Source: Escherichia phage vB_EcoP_B. From it: 44,018 nucleotides of DNA. The stretch lies in the sequence record NC_047806.1. One strand, written 5' to 3'. Below are positions 41,395 through 44,018 of the stretch, in pieces. The notes under the pieces were generated by a model. The model had not been told where the DNA came from. It searched no databases and worked only from the letters and a program-made list of their open reading frames with translations. Both the position numbers and the translations under genes were made by a program. How positions within the stretch are numbered: position 1 is the first letter of the stretch; every line of letters begins with the position of its first letter.

Positions 41395-42600
41395 TTACTC
41401 AGCAGGTTTCATTGCAGTCGGCTTAATGTCATTAGCCATCACTGCACGAACAGCAGCAACCAAATCTTCAGCAGGCAAGCTAGCAGCGGCAGCAGCACCT
41501 GCCGGGGCAGCATTCTTGACGTATACAGCTTTACGCTGTGCACGGTTCAGAACCTGAGTGTGCTGTGCTCCACCAGTACCCTCAGCCTCCCCAGTAGATG
41601 TGCTACGCTTAGTTGTCACAACAGACACTGCTTCCCATCGATCAGGGATTGCACCTTCAGACATGAAAGTATCAATGTAGTAGGTCTTCTCTTTCTTCTC
41701 ATAGAAGATATCACCGGTTACATCAATAGAACGACCCACAAGCAGAGCGTCAGATGTGAACAGTACAGCGATAGCACCATTCATCTCTGCGGTCGGGTCA
41801 TAACGATAACCGTTGTCTTCATTGGACAGCAGGTGATGTTTCTGACCCTGAGAGAATTTAGGGAAGCGGTTAGACGGGATAACAGGACAGTTGTAAGAAG
41901 ACAGAACAAAACCATGAATGGTTGCACCGGACTGGCTGATGGTGTAGCTCTTGTCAACGATACGGTCTGCATCACGCAGTACGTTGAAGTAGCGCCACGG
42001 CATCAGGATAGCTACATCAGAGATGTCTACTTCCTGCTCAAGCTGCTGCTCCAGAGCAAACTCTACAGCCGCCATTACATACTGCGGGTTAACCAGTGCT
42101 TCGCTTTCATTGACCTCCACGTTGACAGAGAAGCCATGACCTTTCACACGAGGGTTAGTACGCTTAGCCTGAGTGTTAGCAATACCACCCAGCAGCATCT
42201 GCTGAATCAGCATTTCATCTTCCATCTTCTTAAGCTGCTTAGCTTGGTTGGTAGCCAGCTTAGGTTTCAGGCTGTCAATATCACCCTGTACATCATGCAG
42301 GTGTGCAACGGTGTTACGAGCAATAACAGTGGCATCAATTACCAGCTGGTTTTTATCGGCCTGAGTAGAGGTTGCAGCCGGAGACTGACCCGGTGCCAGA
42401 ACCTGCAACTCTGTTTCACCCAAGTATTTGTTGCTTACCGTGTTAGTACCAGTAACAGTCTGAACATCGAAGTAGGACATGATGTTCTCACCTTTCAGGT
42501 ACTGCTCATTTACCTTACCATTGAATTTCTCAATGAGCAGGCTGTCTACCTCACCGGAAGCGGAGACTGCAACGTTGGTCAGAGTGTTCGGTGTAGACAT
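41395..42600 (-). CDS. major capsid protein (401 aa)
   Basis: ORF track; strongest SD in window AAGGAGG; promoter 42651-42671 upstream; terminator immediately downstream; size typical of SP6-group capsid. Confidence 0.8.
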   Translation of the reverse strand: MSTPNTLTNVAVSASGEVDSLLIEKFNGKVNEQYLKGENIMSYFDVQTVTGTNTVSNKYLGETELQVLAPGQSPAATSTQADKNQLVIDATVIARNTVAHLHDVQGDIDSLKPKLATNQAKQLKKMEDEMLIQQMLLGGIANTQAKRTNPRVKGHGFSVNVEVNESEALVNPQYVMAAVEFALEQQLEQEVDISDVAILMPWRYFNVLRDADRIVDKSYTISQSGATIHGFVLSSYNCPVIPSNRFPKFSQGQKHHLLSNEDNGYRYDPTAEMNGAIAVLFTSDALLVGRSIDVTGDIFYEKKEKTYYIDTFMSEGAIPDRWEAVSVVTTKRSTSTGEAEGTGGAQHTQVLNRAQRKAVYVKNAAPAGAAAAASLPAEDLVAAVRAVMANDIKPTAMKPAE

Positions 42601-42650
42601 TAATAAACCTCCTTATAAATCAAATTGATAATTTAGGGAGACATTTCTCC

Positions 42651-42671
42651 CTTCTATAGTGTCCAGTAAAT
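42651..42671 (-). promoter_or_regulatory. phage RNAP promoter (capsid promoter)
   Basis: ATTTACTGGACACTATAGAAG between scaffold and capsid genes. Confidence 0.75.
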
Positions 42672-42676
42672 ACTGA

Positions 42677-43597
42677 TTAAAGTCCGCGAGCCATACCAGC
42701 GCGGCGGCGAGCATCCAGTCTAGCCTGATACTCAGCAGCAGCTTTCTTGTCTGTGCCGAAGCGAGAGCTAAGGGTCATCATCTCACGCAGGTACTGCTCA
42801 CGCGAGAGTGGGCCGTTGTCTTCTGATGCGGCAGCAGGTGCAGATGGTTCAATCAGGCTTGGCTTGTCATCACCTTGTGCAGCCTTACGGCGGCTCTCCA
42901 GTTCACGCACAGCGTATTGCTGAAGGTACTGGTTGCCAGACCCCATCACCGCATTGAATGCCATTAGTTCGTCATCAGACAGCGCTTCAAGTGCCCACGC
43001 CTCAAGACGGGACCACCCTTCTTCACCACCAATTTCCTTAGAAACATCAGAGAAGCGTTGGGTATTAGCTGCTTCCAACTCTTTAGCTGCGTTGGCTTCT
43101 TTTAGGAAGAAGGCTTCATTTTGAGCCTTAAGGCCTGACAGGTAAGCATCTACCGCAAACTTGCCAAAAGCATCATACAGTTTCTGCTTGGTTGCATCAG
43201 ACAGCTCAAACTTGCCATCTTTGGCATAGAGTTCCTTGGCAACCTGCTTAGCATCAATACCTTTCTCTTTAAGGCTATCAGTAACATCCTGTGGTATATC
43301 TACTGTTACTTCATAGTCTCCGAAGAAGTATTGCACTTCCTCAGTGTCGGTCGTGGTATCATCTGGCTTAGATTCACCATTCTCTCCGTCATTGTCTCTC
43401 GCTTCTGAAGGTTGTCCAGAAGTTTCTCCTCTGGTGTCTTCAGCAGATTGTGTACTAGCATTGTCATCTTGTACATTAGTTCTAGTATCAGCATGAACAT
43501 CATTAGTAGTAGCATCAGTTGATACCTCCTTGGTTTCTACCGGATTGTCTTCAGCAATAGGATGAGTGGTTGACGGTTCAGTAAATGAGAAAGACAT
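42677..43597 (-). CDS. scaffolding protein (gp9-like), 306 aa
   Basis: ORF track; acidic helical protein between portal and capsid; AAGGAGG SD. Confidence 0.65.
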   Translation of the reverse strand: MSFSFTEPSTTHPIAEDNPVETKEVSTDATTNDVHADTRTNVQDDNASTQSAEDTRGETSGQPSEARDNDGENGESKPDDTTTDTEEVQYFFGDYEVTVDIPQDVTDSLKEKGIDAKQVAKELYAKDGKFELSDATKQKLYDAFGKFAVDAYLSGLKAQNEAFFLKEANAAKELEAANTQRFSDVSKEIGGEEGWSRLEAWALEALSDDELMAFNAVMGSGNQYLQQYAVRELESRRKAAQGDDKPSLIEPSAPAAASEDNGPLSREQYLREMMTLSSRFGTDKKAAAEYQARLDARRRAGMARGL

Positions 43598-44018
43598 TAC
43601 GCCTCCTTAAGTTCTTGTTGAATTACACCCGGAATGGCCTTAGCCACACCCTCTTCAAGCATCTGTGCTTGCTGTGCTTGCATCTGCGCTTCCTGTTCTT
43701 GCTCCATCTCTTCAGTCGATTTAAGGAATGGCAGTTCAGCAGAGATTTGACCACGTACCCAATCCATGTAATCAGGCCACTTCACAGCAGCTAGGACAGG
43801 CTCAGGCCATTGCAAAGGCAGTGACATGTACTGAGCGAAGTTTGCCAGCTTATCCAGTTCAGCCATGCGCCCTAATGCTTCAATGCCTGTGATAATCACA
43901 GGGTCAACTAGGTCACTAGTGAATGAATCACCTGCCTCCAGCAGACCCCACATCGCTACTGGCGATTGCATAGTAGTAGCAAAGAGGGAATATACACCGC
44001 CCATGTTCTGCTCAATCT
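43597..44018 (-). CDS. portal protein, C-terminal about 140 codons; partial, 5' part is at the window start
   Basis: ORF track 43597..44004; frame open to window end; GGVYS...TGIEALGRMAELDKL resembles T7 gp8 C-terminal region. Confidence 0.75.
   Translation of the reverse strand, partial: IEQNMGGVYSLFATTMQSPVAMWGLLEAGDSFTSDLVDPVIITGIEALGRMAELDKLANFAQYMSLPLQWPEPVLAAVKWPDYMDWVRGQISAELPFLKSTEEMEQEQEAQMQAQQAQMLEEGVAKAIPGVIQQELKEA

Noticed and set aside
41560-42603. 347-aa plus-strand ORF
   Set aside because: Antisense to the major capsid gene; typical long antisense ORF opposite a highly expressed gene.
1-44018. Prophage, integrase or tRNA genes
   Set aside because: No integrase- or recombinase-like ORF and no tRNA-like structure noticed; gene content is that of a strictly lytic T7-like phage.

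Overview
The window is essentially one complete genome (about 44.0 kb) of a lytic T7-supergroup podophage of the SP6-like type, given as the reverse complement of the usual map and rotated so that it begins and ends inside the portal gene. The two portal pieces join in frame if as little as 1 nt lies outside the window. Every credible gene is on the minus strand; the plus-strand ORFs in the track look like antisense artefacts. Reading the minus strand from the putative genome ends near 21.9-22.1 kb: an early region with sigma70-like promoters, an Ocr-like antirestriction protein and small acidic proteins (21.7-19.0 kb); a single-subunit RNA polymerase (18.96-16.34 kb); a replication and DNA-metabolism module (16.0-1.3 kb) with primase-helicase, DNA polymerase, SSB, exonuclease, endonuclease VII-like resolvase, HNH endonuclease, metallophosphoesterase, ligase and a GNAT acetyltransferase; a structural module that wraps through the window edge (portal, scaffold, capsid, tail tube A/B, three internal virion proteins, tail-fibre adaptor); holin plus small and large terminase (30.2-27.8 kb); lysis and accessory genes (27.7-26.2 kb); and an 811-aa endosialidase-type tailspike (25.6-23.2 kb). 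A roughly 1.2-kb non-coding terminal region follows, with CTAAG short-repeat arrays and a tandem repeat carrying two A20 tracts. I found 13 copies of an SP6-type phage promoter (minus-strand consensus ATTTACYGGACACTATAGAAG), two hairpin-plus-U-run terminators and a family of GTCTCAC..GTGAGAC palindromes. The most unusual spots are the lysis region, where a membrane-protein reading frame is broken at an A5 run, a tandem pair of paralogous small genes, and a third replication-module protein with a gp2.5/gp4-style acidic C-terminal tail. Protein calls rest on motifs visible in the translations and on remembered similarity to T7/SP6-group proteins; no database search was possible. Several ORF-track starts are GTG/TTG or N-terminally over-extended and were trimmed to the first ATG with a Shine-Dalgarno sequence. 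Coordinates of non-ORF features may be off by 1-2 nt.
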